DNA of 64,000 bases from positions 64,001 to 128,000 of the forward strand of contig OY969100.1 in the NCBI GenBank assembly GCA_963697895.1, given 5' to 3'. Of this stretch, positions 55,015-64,000 are shown one piece after another. The stretch comes from an uncultured Methanomicrobiales archaeon. GTDB taxonomy: Archaea > Halobacteriota > Methanomicrobia > Methanomicrobiales > Methanospirillaceae. The position numbers and the translations under genes are program-made. The notes under the pieces were generated by a model. It was not told the origin of the DNA, did no database searches, and saw only the letters and a program-made list of their open reading frames with translations. Each line of letters opens with the position of its first letter. The first letter of the stretch is position 1.

Positions 55015-56774
55015 GCCTGCTCCTCCCGCTCGACCGCATCGGATGCCGCCGAGAACCGGGCCAGGATCGCATCCGCCCGTTCGGTATCCGGTACCCTTCC
55101 CCCGTACCGCACCGGCTCGTACGGGAGGATGAACGAGCGGACCGCATCGAAGAACGATCGCCCCCGGCTCTGCCGGCAGAGCTCCCGGGGGGTCAGGGAC
55201 CGGGGATTCCGGAGGGGGATCCGTTCCTGGCAGAGCGCGAGGAGGTGGAGGAAGAGCTGGCGGACCGCTTCCCGGGCGTCCTCCCCGACCGTCTCCCGGT
55301 ATGACGCGATCACCTGCTCCCGGCTCGGGGCGACCGGCGCTTCCGGGGCCAATTCCGCTTCGGGTACCTCGGGTATGGGAGCCGGCTGGTCCGTCGCGGG
55401 GTATTCTTCTCCCCGGGGAGAAGCGGGAGCCGGCCATACCCTTCGGCGGAGGTACCAGACCGCGGCGCCGATGAACGCGGCGATGATGAGGGCGGCGACG
55501 AGGAAAGACCCGGTGCCGGCGTCCGTCCCGGTGATCCCCGGGGATACATGGAACACAAACTCTTCCGATTCGGACGGCAGCAGGGGGTACCCCTCGCCGC
55601 TGAACACTGCCCGGAGCCGGGTGGTACCCGGAGAGAGGGCGATGACTGCGGAATAATGGCCGTCGTCGCCCGTCTCGATCATTTCCGTTCTTCCCGTCCC
55701 GCCTTCGTCGAGGCGGATCGACACCGGCGCCCGGGTGACCGGGATGTGGCCGCCCGCCACGAGCGTTCCCGAGACAGTGACCCGGTTCCCGTTCTGATCG
55801 GGAGCGAGCGTCAGCATGGTCGGGAGTTCATCGACCCGGAACAGCACGGGTGTGGAGAATGTCGCTGCCCCCGACTGGGCGAATGCGGTATGGTTCCCCG
55901 CACGGATCCGATCGATGAGGTACCCGTACCGGAATGCGCCGTCCGGCTGGACCGGGACGGACCGGGTTTCCTCCCCCCCGATCACGATCCGGAGATCCGG
56001 TGACAAGAGTGAGGGGCCCTTCAGCACCCCCGACATCGTGAGGGTGTCGTGGTAGACTCCGCGGTCGGGAATGACTGCGAGCGTCAGGTCGGGCCCCGAC
56101 GGCAGGAACTCCTGCTCGCGGGCGGCCTGCTCCGCGGTGAACTCGTCCACGATCGCGGCGAAGTCCGCGACACTCCCTTCGTACCGGGTCGTGTTCAGGT
56201 CGTATTTTTTGCTGATCCTGACCATCGGGTCCTCGTTCGCCTTGTAGTCCTGGTAGAGCTGCTGCAGTTTCTGTTTCAGCGCCCTCCCCTGTATCGTCAC
56301 CGCGTAGAGCTCCCCGGAATTCCCTTCGCTCCGGTACCGGATCTCCAGGGACCGGAGCTCCGAGAGGGCGGTCGTGCTGTTCACCAGTTCAGAGAGGATC
56401 GAAAGGTCGTCCTGGTTCAGCCGGCGCCACTCCTCGATATCGCTCTCCGACATGTCGAGGTTGATCACCAGGTTGTCGAGGTGGCCGCCCATCTGGATGA
56501 ACTCGCGGAGGTCCCGGGCGGCGATGTCGTAGTCCTCGAGCCGCACGTTCAGCGTGAGGGAACCGTGCTGGTCGAGGAGATCCCCCATGAGGGGCAGGAG
56601 GGAGGCGGCGTTCTCCGGGGATATCTCGGTGAGCACCCCGTTATTGGTATGAAACGGCGTGACCGCATCGTCCTTTGCGGAGTAGAGGAGGGGGGACGTG
56701 GCATGGAGGGCGAGGAGGATGACGACGGTCGCCGCTGCTGCGACGATGATCCCGTACCCATAGATGCGTTTCAT
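55011..56774 (-). CDS. Membrane-anchored protein with Ig-like domains and DUF4129-like C-terminus
   Basis: N-terminal TM, coiled segment, beta domains, TM, then SLTPRE...YEPVRYGG. Confidence 0.78.
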   Translation of the reverse strand: MKRIYGYGIIVAAAATVVILLALHATSPLLYSAKDDAVTPFHTNNGVLTEISPENAASLLPLMGDLLDQHGSLTLNVRLEDYDIAARDLREFIQMGGHLDNLVINLDMSESDIEEWRRLNQDDLSILSELVNSTTALSELRSLEIRYRSEGNSGELYAVTIQGRALKQKLQQLYQDYKANEDPMVRISKKYDLNTTRYEGSVADFAAIVDEFTAEQAAREQEFLPSGPDLTLAVIPDRGVYHDTLTMSGVLKGPSLLSPDLRIVIGGEETRSVPVQPDGAFRYGYLIDRIRAGNHTAFAQSGAATFSTPVLFRVDELPTMLTLAPDQNGNRVTVSGTLVAGGHIPVTRAPVSIRLDEGGTGRTEMIETGDDGHYSAVIALSPGTTRLRAVFSGEGYPLLPSESEEFVFHVSPGITGTDAGTGSFLVAALIIAAFIGAAVWYLRRRVWPAPASPRGEEYPATDQPAPIPEVPEAELAPEAPVAPSREQVIASYRETVGEDAREAVRQLFLHLLALCQERIPLRNPRSLTPRELCRQSRGRSFFDAVRSFILPYEPVRYGGRVPDTERADAILARFSAASDAVEREEQA

Positions 56775-57031
56775 TGGCTGAGGATCTCCAGGACCTTGGT
56801 CGCGACGATCCAGCCGAAGATGACGACCCCGACCGCGATGATGTACCGGAGGTGCGAGAGGTACCGCGGGGTGGCCGATATCGTGTCGATCAGCTCGACG
56901 ACGATCAAAAGACCGATCAGGAAGAGGACAAAGTAGATTTCAAGATCGATAGACTGGGCGAGGATCATAAAACCCGTGACCGTAAGCACCCATGCGGCGA
57001 GTGCGACCGCGGCCACCTGTTTCTTCTTCAT
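56771..57031 (-). CDS. Small membrane protein, first gene of the MoxR operon
   Basis: 86 aa, 3 TM helices, DLEIYFVL..IGLL...EL; ATGA coupling. Confidence 0.75.
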   Translation of the reverse strand: MKKKQVAAVALAAWVLTVTGFMILAQSIDLEIYFVLFLIGLLIVVELIDTISATPRYLSHLRYIIAVGVVIFGWIVATKVLEILSQ

Positions 57032-57118
57032 GGATAAGAGATGATGGGGCTCTTTCGTTATGATGGTTATGGAATTCCCGCCGGAAAGGATTTATAGAGC
57101 CATTCCGTCATTCTAGCT

Positions 57119-57616
57119 ATGAAATGGTGCTACGGGCTGGCCGCCCTGCTCCTCCTCGTCGCGCTCAGCATGCCGGTGCAGGCATTCACCGCCGACCGGC
57201 TGGATATCAGCGTCCGGGAGAACGGGGATGCGAATATCACCTTCGACTATACCTTAAACTGGCTGGAATACCTCGCGGTCTTCCTCCACGTGGCAGACCC
57301 GGCGGCCGAGCTGCAGAAGGCAGTACAAAGTAACACATACGCGAACGTGACGGTGAATTCCGTAACGCCCCGGGAAGTCTCCCTCGGCGTGGAGAAATTT
57401 GCGGTCGTCCAGGATCAGGCAATGGGACCGACACTAACAACCCCGACGATCTCCTTTGCACAGGCAGAACAGGTTCTGCAGCAGTACTGGTTCTCCCGGT
57501 ATATATCACCCGATTTCTCCCCGGCGACCACGGTGATCCAGTTCCCGGACGGGTATTCGCAGACCTTTTATGACCAGATCACCATCCCGTCGGTATCCCA
57601 TACCATCGGGCAATAA
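57119..57616 (+). CDS. Hypothetical secreted protein
   Basis: Signal peptide ending VQA-F; 165 aa. Confidence 0.75.
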   Translation: MKWCYGLAALLLLVALSMPVQAFTADRLDISVRENGDANITFDYTLNWLEYLAVFLHVADPAAELQKAVQSNTYANVTVNSVTPREVSLGVEKFAVVQDQAMGPTLTTPTISFAQAEQVLQQYWFSRYISPDFSPATTVIQFPDGYSQTFYDQITIPSVSHTIGQ

Positions 57617-57716
57617 TAATTTTTCAATTATCGGTATTATCCCGGATTTTTTGCATTTCTTTTTGTTGATTTGGCCTTCTTGGTCGTTTTTGTGGGGGGA
57701 AAGATAAGGACCCGTT

Positions 57717-57869
57717 TGAGAATGAACACTCCTATCCCATCCGGGCGCCGCAGCGGCAGGGCGAAGCCCCGGGAGCGTCATCGGTTTTGATGAACCTCAA
57801 TAAGAATGAGAATGAACCCCTTATCCCATTGGGGACGCCGCAGCGGCGGGGCGAAGCCCCGGGAGCGTC
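57717..57869. repeat. Two tandem REP-like units (90-bp period)
   Basis: TGAGAATGAAC..C.TATCCCAT...GCCGCAGCGGC.GGGCGAAGCCCCGGGAGCGTC at 57717 and 57807. Confidence 0.9.
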
Positions 57870-57904
57870 TCCAAAATACTAAACCTATCTAGTCCGAAGA
57901 GCCA

Positions 57905-59350
57905 TTATCCTGAGAACAGGTGGGAGAACGACCCGAGGATACCGGATATCAGTTCCTCGATCCATGAATGGGGAGTTCCTGTATCGGGAGAAGGTGTTGT
58001 ATCCCCGTTGGTAGGGGTTGGGGTGTTGTCTGTTGTTCCCGTCCCGGTCGGGGTCACGGTGGGTACGGAGGCATTCGGTTTGGCCGCATTCGTTGAAGTC
58101 TTATTCGGCTTCGTGGCGTTAGTTCCTGTCCCTGTCGGGGTCACGGTGGGGACGGTGGTATTCGGTTTGGCCGCATTCGTCACCGTACTATTCGTTTTCG
58201 TGGTATTGGCGGGGCTGGCATTGCCCGGCAGGATCGTTTCCTCACGGACACCCGTGGAGAAATAATAGAGGGAGTGATCGGTTGCCGCGACCAGGCGGGT
58301 GCCATCGGCCGAGATCTTCATGCCTGCAATCCTTTCCGGTACGAAGCCCGGGACCTGGTAGTTCCAGAGTTCCGAGCCGTTCCGGTACCGGAACGATACC
58401 GATCCGTCTTCTGCACCGGTGGCAAGAAACGACCCGTTTTTGCTCATCGCAACACTCGTAAGCGGTGAATCGGAAGGAACGATCTGAGTCTGGTCCGGGG
58501 TCTGGTTCACCAGATAGAGACCGCTTCCCGATGCCCCGGCGATAAGGGAACCGTCGGCCGATATGGCCACGGCAGAGATCGCATCCGTCCGGTTCGTCCA
58601 GAGTTTTTTCCCGTTCCTGTCGAGGAGCGTGAGGCTTCCTGCCTTCCCTTCACCAAACCCGACAGCAATTTTCGATGCGTTTCCGGATATGGCAAGGACG
58701 CCTGCGGGGAGTTCGACGGTTATTTTGCTCCGGGTCTTCAGGTTCACAAGGACCACCGTCGGTTTGAAGTCGTTACAGGGGATATATGCCCCGGTGCTCC
58801 CGTCCGGGGACATGACGAACTCCAGCGCCATGATGGCGTCGAAGGGTCCCGGGGCGATTGTCACGTTCGACCCGGCGAGATCGGTGATGTACACCTGACC
58901 GTTCACGATCCCGGCCGCCACCCGTTTGGTATCGGAGGAGATCGCGATATCATTCACCGAACCGGTGATGATCTTCCACCCGTTCGTCCCGTTCCGGTAG
59001 TACAGCCGGGCCGCACCCTTGTTATTGAACCGGTCCTCCTGCGTCCCGGAAACCACCGACATGCCGTCGGGGGAGAGTGCGACGACGACCTCGCCGGGAT
59101 TGTCCCGGGTCCAGAGGGGGTCACCGGTTGTCTCGTTCAGGAGCACGAGGTGTCCTTCCTTCGTCCCGGCGGCGACGACCGATCCGTTTTCGGAGAGTGC
59201 CATGCTCGAGATACGCTCTACCCCGGCCGTATATTCCCAGCGGGGATCCATGGCATGGACGGATGAAATACAGGATATACAGCAGATAAGGAGCAGCAGG
59301 AAGACCCGGAGACCGATGGAACGCGATCCCGGCCCCGACCGCAGCCCCAT
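57905..59350 (-). CDS. Secreted WD40/PQQ-like beta-propeller protein with Thr/Asn-rich tail
   Basis: Repeated VAISxDG..A.G and G..LW motifs; tail with an 87-bp internal duplication (58041/58128); start uncertain. Confidence 0.82.
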   Translation of the reverse strand: MGLRSGPGSRSIGLRVFLLLLICCISCISSVHAMDPRWEYTAGVERISSMALSENGSVVAAGTKEGHLVLLNETTGDPLWTRDNPGEVVVALSPDGMSVVSGTQEDRFNNKGAARLYYRNGTNGWKIITGSVNDIAISSDTKRVAAGIVNGQVYITDLAGSNVTIAPGPFDAIMALEFVMSPDGSTGAYIPCNDFKPTVVLVNLKTRSKITVELPAGVLAISGNASKIAVGFGEGKAGSLTLLDRNGKKLWTNRTDAISAVAISADGSLIAGASGSGLYLVNQTPDQTQIVPSDSPLTSVAMSKNGSFLATGAEDGSVSFRYRNGSELWNYQVPGFVPERIAGMKISADGTRLVAATDHSLYYFSTGVREETILPGNASPANTTKTNSTVTNAAKPNTTVPTVTPTGTGTNATKPNKTSTNAAKPNASVPTVTPTGTGTTDNTPTPTNGDTTPSPDTGTPHSWIEELISGILGSFSHLFSG

Positions 59351-59530
59351 CCGGATCCCGGGTCCCATGAAGGAGAGCTGGGGCCGGCGCCACCATAAAG
59401 GTTGAGTTATCATCGGGCCGGGAGAGGGAGCAGGAGTATCCGGTTTCCCTGTCGGGGAGAGTCCCCGTCCGGAACACACCGGGCCCGGCTGGCATCACCT
59501 TTATCTCCCCCCGGGCGACAATGACGCACC

Positions 59531-60676
59531 ATGGACTGGAAGGCATGGCTGATCCTGGGAGTGGGACTGGTGATCATCGTCGCCTTCGCCCTGACGAACA
59601 TCCCCCTCATCTTCCCGCCCGGTGAGAATAACACGGGCGGCCTTCCGCTCTCGACGATCCGGCTCCCGCCCGGGTTCCATATCGCGGTCTACAGCGGGGA
59701 GGTCCCCGGGGCCCGCTCCCTGACCATCTCCCCGGACGGTACCGTGTACGTGGGGACCATGACGGCAGGGAAGGTATACGCACTCACCAACCGGCCGGGA
59801 AGTTACGACCACCCCACGGACGTCTTTACCATTGCGGAGCGGCTGAACGAGCCCAACGGGGTGGCCTTCCGGAATGGATCTCTGTATGTGGCAGAGATCA
59901 GCCGCATCATCCGGTATGACGGCATCGAGGCGAATCTCTCCTCCCCGCCTGAGCCCGTCGTGGTGAAAGCCGGCTATCCGCCCGGGGGCGAACATGGCTG
60001 GAAGTTTATCGCCTTCGGGCCGGACGGGAAACTCTATGTCCCGATCGCGTCTCCCTGCAACATCTGCACTCCCCCGGACCCGCTCGACCAGACGATCACC
60101 CGGATGAACCCCGACGGTACCGGCCTCGAGGTGTATGCGGAAGGGATCCGGAACAGCGTCGGGTTCGACTGGGACCCGAATACCGGGATCCTCTGGTTCA
60201 CCGACAACGGGAGGGACTTCCTCGGTGAGGACATTCCCCCCGACGAGCTGAACCGTGCCCCGGAACCCGGGATGAACTTCGGGTTCCCGTACTGCTATGA
60301 CGACAACGTGACCGACCCTGCCTTCACCGGCCATTCCTGTGCCGGGTACGTCCCGCCGGCGGTGGAACTGCAGGCCCACGTGGCACCGCTCGGGATGCGG
60401 TTCTATACAGGGACCATGTTCCCCCCCGAATATAAGGACCAGATCTTCATCGCCGAGCACGGCTCCTGGAACCGGGTGGTGCCGATCGGGTACCGGGTCG
60501 CGCTGGTCCGGCTGGAGAACGGGACCCCGGTGGGAACGGAGGTCTTTGCCGACGGATGGCTCCAGGGAACCGCGGCGTGGGGCCGGCCGGTGGACCTCCA
60601 GGTGATGCCCGACGGGTCCCTTCTCGTCAGCGACGACAAAGCGGGGGCTGTCTACCGGATTACCTACCAGGCGTAA
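59531..60676 (+). CDS. PQQ-dependent glucose/sorbosone dehydrogenase family protein
   Basis: LPPGF.I, FGPDGKLYV, GIRNSVGFDW, DNGRD, PPDELN, AEHGSWNR, GRPVD..PDGSLLVSDD. Confidence 0.9.
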   Translation: MDWKAWLILGVGLVIIVAFALTNIPLIFPPGENNTGGLPLSTIRLPPGFHIAVYSGEVPGARSLTISPDGTVYVGTMTAGKVYALTNRPGSYDHPTDVFTIAERLNEPNGVAFRNGSLYVAEISRIIRYDGIEANLSSPPEPVVVKAGYPPGGEHGWKFIAFGPDGKLYVPIASPCNICTPPDPLDQTITRMNPDGTGLEVYAEGIRNSVGFDWDPNTGILWFTDNGRDFLGEDIPPDELNRAPEPGMNFGFPYCYDDNVTDPAFTGHSCAGYVPPAVELQAHVAPLGMRFYTGTMFPPEYKDQIFIAEHGSWNRVVPIGYRVALVRLENGTPVGTEVFADGWLQGTAAWGRPVDLQVMPDGSLLVSDDKAGAVYRITYQA

Positions 60677-61088
60677 GGGCGGCGACAAGCGGGGACTTTC
60701 AGATGAATTGCCAAGCAGGAGATGATCCATCGATCAAACGGTGCGACGATAATGCGTGTACCTGCTGGATAACCGAGGCTCCCTCAGATCATATGGTGCG
60801 ACAATACAGCATATCCATCAACCGTGTCCGATGCATGCGGGGCCGGTCTCCGTGATACGCATCGGGCACATACTCGTGATGAAAAGAACAACCCAATCTT
60901 CCGGATAGCCTGCCTTGACTTGATTTCGTTTTCACCCGTTCATTCAAAGAGATCCCTGTTGTGGTGATTAGGAAACACCGGGTCCCGGATATGGTGCAGC
61001 CTGGTGGGAAGATCCGGTCACGGAACATTTTTATGAGTTTATTGACGACGGTACTACCATTAGGTCTCTCCCAGGCAGGAATTTTCCC

Positions 61089-61559
61089 ATGACGATCGAC
61101 GGTGTCCAGATCAAACAGTTGAAAGTAGTCCCCGATGAACGCGGCTGGCTCATGGAGATCCTCCGCTGTGACGATCCCCTCTTCGAGCAGTTCGGACAGG
61201 TGTACGTGACCACCGCGTACCCGGGGGTGGTGAAAGCCTGGCACTACCATAAGATACAGACCGACAACTTCACCTGTATCCAGGGGATGATGAAGGTCGC
61301 CCTCTTCGATGCCCGGCCGGATTCGCCCACCCATCAATCCCTGATGGAGCTCTTCATCGGCGTCCGGAACCCCGTCCTCGTCCATGTCCCCCCGGGGGTA
61401 TACCACGGGTTCAAGGCGATCGGGACCGAAACGGCCTTCTTCCTGAGTATCCCGACGCATCCCTACAATCCTGCAGAACCGGACGAGTTCCGTATCCCGC
61501 CGAATGCACTGGAGATCCCGTACGACTGGGGTCTTGCACCCGGCCTGAAGCACGGCTGA
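61089..61559 (+). CDS. rmlC: dTDP-4-dehydrorhamnose 3,5-epimerase family (cupin)
   Basis: DERGWLME, KAWHYH..QTD, D.R..SPT, PPGVYHGF. Confidence 0.85.
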   Translation: MTIDGVQIKQLKVVPDERGWLMEILRCDDPLFEQFGQVYVTTAYPGVVKAWHYHKIQTDNFTCIQGMMKVALFDARPDSPTHQSLMELFIGVRNPVLVHVPPGVYHGFKAIGTETAFFLSIPTHPYNPAEPDEFRIPPNALEIPYDWGLAPGLKHG

Positions 61560-61573
61560 GGAGAATTCGACAC

Positions 61574-62536
61574 ATGGCAGTTCTGGTAACCGGAGGATGC
61601 GGGTTCATCGGGAGCAACTTCGTCCGTGCACTGCTCGCAGGCGATCCCGGGACCGCAGTGGTCAACCTGGATAAGCTCACCTATGCGGGGAACCCGGCCA
61701 ACCTGCAGGATATGCAGGACATCCCCGGATATTCCTTCATACACGGCGACATCTGCGACACGACCGTGGTGAACGATATCTTTCGCACCTGCGGTATCGA
61801 CACCGTCGTGCATTTTGCCGCGGAGAGCCATGTCGACCGGTCCATCGAAGACGCCTCGGTCTTCGCACGGACGAACGTCCTCGGCACGCAGACCCTCCTC
61901 GACGCCGCGCATAAATACGGGGTGGAGAGGTTCATCCACGTCTCGACCGACGAGGTGTACGGGAGCATCGCGACGGGTTCGTTCACCGAGGACGACACAT
62001 TAAACCCTTCGAGCCCGTACTCCGCGAGCAAGGCGGGATCCGACCTTCTCGCCCGTTCCTATTTCATCACCCACCGGCTCCCGGTGATCGTCACCCGGTG
62101 CACGAACAACTTCGGGCCGTACCAGCATCCGGAGAAGCTGATCCCGCGGTTCATCACGAACCTTCTCTCGGGCGAGAAAGTCCCCCTCTATGGCACCGGC
62201 CGGAACGTCCGGGACTGGATCTACGTGACTGACCATTGCGACGCGATCCGCCACCTGATCGGGCACGGACAACCGGGCGGGATCTACAACATCGCGGGGG
62301 ATGCCGAGAGGTCCAACCAGGAGATCACCAAAACCCTCCTCCGCCTCCTCGGAAAGGACGAGTCGTGGATCGAGTATGTCCCGGACCGGCCGGGCCACGA
62401 CTTCCGGTACTCGCTCGACGCCGGGAAGCTTCACTGCCTCGGGTGGCAGCCGCGGCACTCGTTCGAGGAGGCGCTGGAGGCGACGGTCCGCTGGTACGAG
62501 GAGAATCCCTCGTGGTGGAGGCCGCTCCGGCAATGA
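61574..62536 (+). CDS. rmlB: dTDP-glucose 4,6-dehydratase
   Basis: TGGCGFIGSNF, DKLTYAGN, HFAAESHVDRSI, STDEVYG, PYSASKA, DRPGHD.RY. Confidence 0.95.
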   Translation: MAVLVTGGCGFIGSNFVRALLAGDPGTAVVNLDKLTYAGNPANLQDMQDIPGYSFIHGDICDTTVVNDIFRTCGIDTVVHFAAESHVDRSIEDASVFARTNVLGTQTLLDAAHKYGVERFIHVSTDEVYGSIATGSFTEDDTLNPSSPYSASKAGSDLLARSYFITHRLPVIVTRCTNNFGPYQHPEKLIPRFITNLLSGEKVPLYGTGRNVRDWIYVTDHCDAIRHLIGHGQPGGIYNIAGDAERSNQEITKTLLRLLGKDESWIEYVPDRPGHDFRYSLDAGKLHCLGWQPRHSFEEALEATVRWYEENPSWWRPLRQ

Positions 62537-63333
62537 CGCGGCCGGTGGTGGTCCTCGGCGCTTCCGGGATGCTCGGGCATGCGCTGGTGGACGCGTTCCC
62601 GGGGGCGATCGCCCCGGGGCGGGACCTGGATATCACCGATGCCGTGTCGGTCCACACGTTTATCCTCGAGGCAGCCCCCGGCCTCGTGATCAATGCCGCC
62701 GCATATACCGACGTGGACGGGTGCGAGGATCACCCGGACCTCGCGATGGCGGTGAACGGGGAAGCGCCGGGATTCCTCGCCCGGGCATGCCGGGAGGCGG
62801 GAGCAGTCCTGGTCCATTACAGCACCGATTATGTCTTCGACGGATCCCGAGCCGGGTATCGCGAGGAGGATACCCCTGCCCCGATCAACCGGTACGGCAT
62901 ATCCAAGCTTCGCGGGGAGGAGCGGGTCCGGGAGGAGACGGACGACTACCGGATCATCCGGACCTCGTGGCTCTTCGGAAAACACGGGAAGAACTTTGTC
63001 GATACCGTGACCCGCCTCTCCCGGCAGCAGCGCCATGTCCCGGTCGTCGACGACCAGTACGGGAAGCCGACCTACACGGTCGACCTCGCCGGAAGGACGG
63101 CGGATGTGGTGAAGGCCCCGCCGGGGATCTACCACCTCACGAACGAAGGTGCATGTTCCTGGTTCGAGTTCGCCTCTGCAGCAATCCCGAATGCAGTACC
63201 CTGCACCTCGGACGAGTTCCCCCGGAAGGCACGCCGCCCGCGGTACTCGATCCTGGAAAATACCAAATTGCCCCCCATGCGCCACTGGCGGCTCGCACTG
63301 GCCGAGTATCTCGACGAACGGGAGACGGTATGA
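62533..63333 (+). CDS. rmlD: dTDP-4-dehydrorhamnose reductase
   Basis: GASGMLG, NAAAYTDVD, HYSTDYVFDG, YG.SKL.GE, RTSWLFG. Confidence 0.93.
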   Translation: MTRPVVVLGASGMLGHALVDAFPGAIAPGRDLDITDAVSVHTFILEAAPGLVINAAAYTDVDGCEDHPDLAMAVNGEAPGFLARACREAGAVLVHYSTDYVFDGSRAGYREEDTPAPINRYGISKLRGEERVREETDDYRIIRTSWLFGKHGKNFVDTVTRLSRQQRHVPVVDDQYGKPTYTVDLAGRTADVVKAPPGIYHLTNEGACSWFEFASAAIPNAVPCTSDEFPRKARRPRYSILENTKLPPMRHWRLALAEYLDERETV

Positions 63334-63639
63334 TATGGAGCCACGGGAGATCGCGAAGAGAGGGAGAGAGCATTGACAGGGGCGGTCGATCGGAAGGAAG
63401 AGGAGAGACCATGATATGCCTGCTCGGTAAATATCATAAATAACCAGTGAGACCATGACAATCTGGCAGACAAACGGGGGAGATGGGAAGATCCTCATGA
63501 TACCTGTTCTGAAATTCCGGAATGACTTTCCGGTGGCACCTGTTCTCAGGATGTACGGAGTGAGCGTCCGATCCTGGCCATCCCCATACAGATATGGTGA
63601 CCACAGTATACCGGAGAACCGTAGCGGGGTGAACGATCC

Positions 63640-64000
63640 ATGAAAGGAATCGTCCTCGCGGGCGGGACCGGGTCCCGGCTCTACCCGCTCACCAAGGTGA
63701 CGAACAAGCACCTCCTGCCGGTGTACAACCAGCCGATGATCTTCTACCCGATCAATACGCTGATCGATGCGGGGATCACGGATATCCTGATCGTCTCCGG
63801 CCGCGGCCACGCCGGGCACTTCCTCGAGCTCCTCGGTTCGGGGTCGGACTGGGGTGCGAAATTCACCTACGAGATCCAGGAGCAGGCCGGCGGGATCGCA
63901 CAGGCGCTCGGCCTCGCGGAGTCATGGGCGGACGACGACCCGGTCTGCGTCATCCTCGGGGACAACATCTTCGAGGACCCGATCCGGGATGCGGTGACCG
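63640..64000 (+). CDS. rmlA: Glucose-1-phosphate thymidylyltransferase family (RmlA/SpsI-like), truncated by the window end
   Basis: MKGIVLAGGTGSRLYPLTK..NKHLLPVY, Q..AGGIAQAL, ILGDN. Confidence 0.88.
   Translation, partial: MKGIVLAGGTGSRLYPLTKVTNKHLLPVYNQPMIFYPINTLIDAGITDILIVSGRGHAGHFLELLGSGSDWGAKFTYEIQEQAGGIAQALGLAESWADDDPVCVILGDNIFEDPIRDAVT

Noticed and set aside
60680-61080. Possible decayed HEPN gene on the minus strand
   Set aside because: Only vague fragments (VFPNHH.., EY..RY-like) in different frames; too weak to call without BLASTX.

Overview
Archaeal chromosomal window, most consistent with a Methanomicrobiales methanogen (PEGA and S-layer-like proteins with Thr-rich linkers and C-terminal anchors, archaeal-type TA families, MoxR-DUF58-DUF4350-DUF4129 cluster with DUF1616). 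The taxonomy is inferred, not verified. It is a cell-surface glycosylation region: ugd, galU, two intact wecB plus one remnant, an epimerase, a dehydrogenase, gmd, fcl, Wzm/Wzt ABC export, a visibly AT-rich ~18 kb island of glycosyl-, methyl- and other modifying genes (~19.3-37.5 kb), and rmlCBDA at the right end. Many genes from 13 to 39 kb carry single-base frameshifts (assembly error or decay; cannot be decided from sequence alone). At least eight intact or broken toxin-antitoxin modules are present. Most interesting: (1) a TA array at 39.6-43.1 kb whose modules are separated by three decayed, co-oriented copies of the 3' end of the neighbouring EamA gene, suggesting repeated integration into that gene end; (2) two coupled Hjc-like (PD-(D/E)xK fold) genes with altered active sites behind a ~400-nt hairpin-rich leader, flanked by two RelE TA pairs; (3) a 73-bp tandem array between ugd and galU whose unit is a galU-start/ugd-end chimeric mini-ORF; (4) REP-like GNA-triloop repeats between convergent genes. 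No rRNA, tRNA, CRISPR array, intact integrase or intact transposase was recognised.
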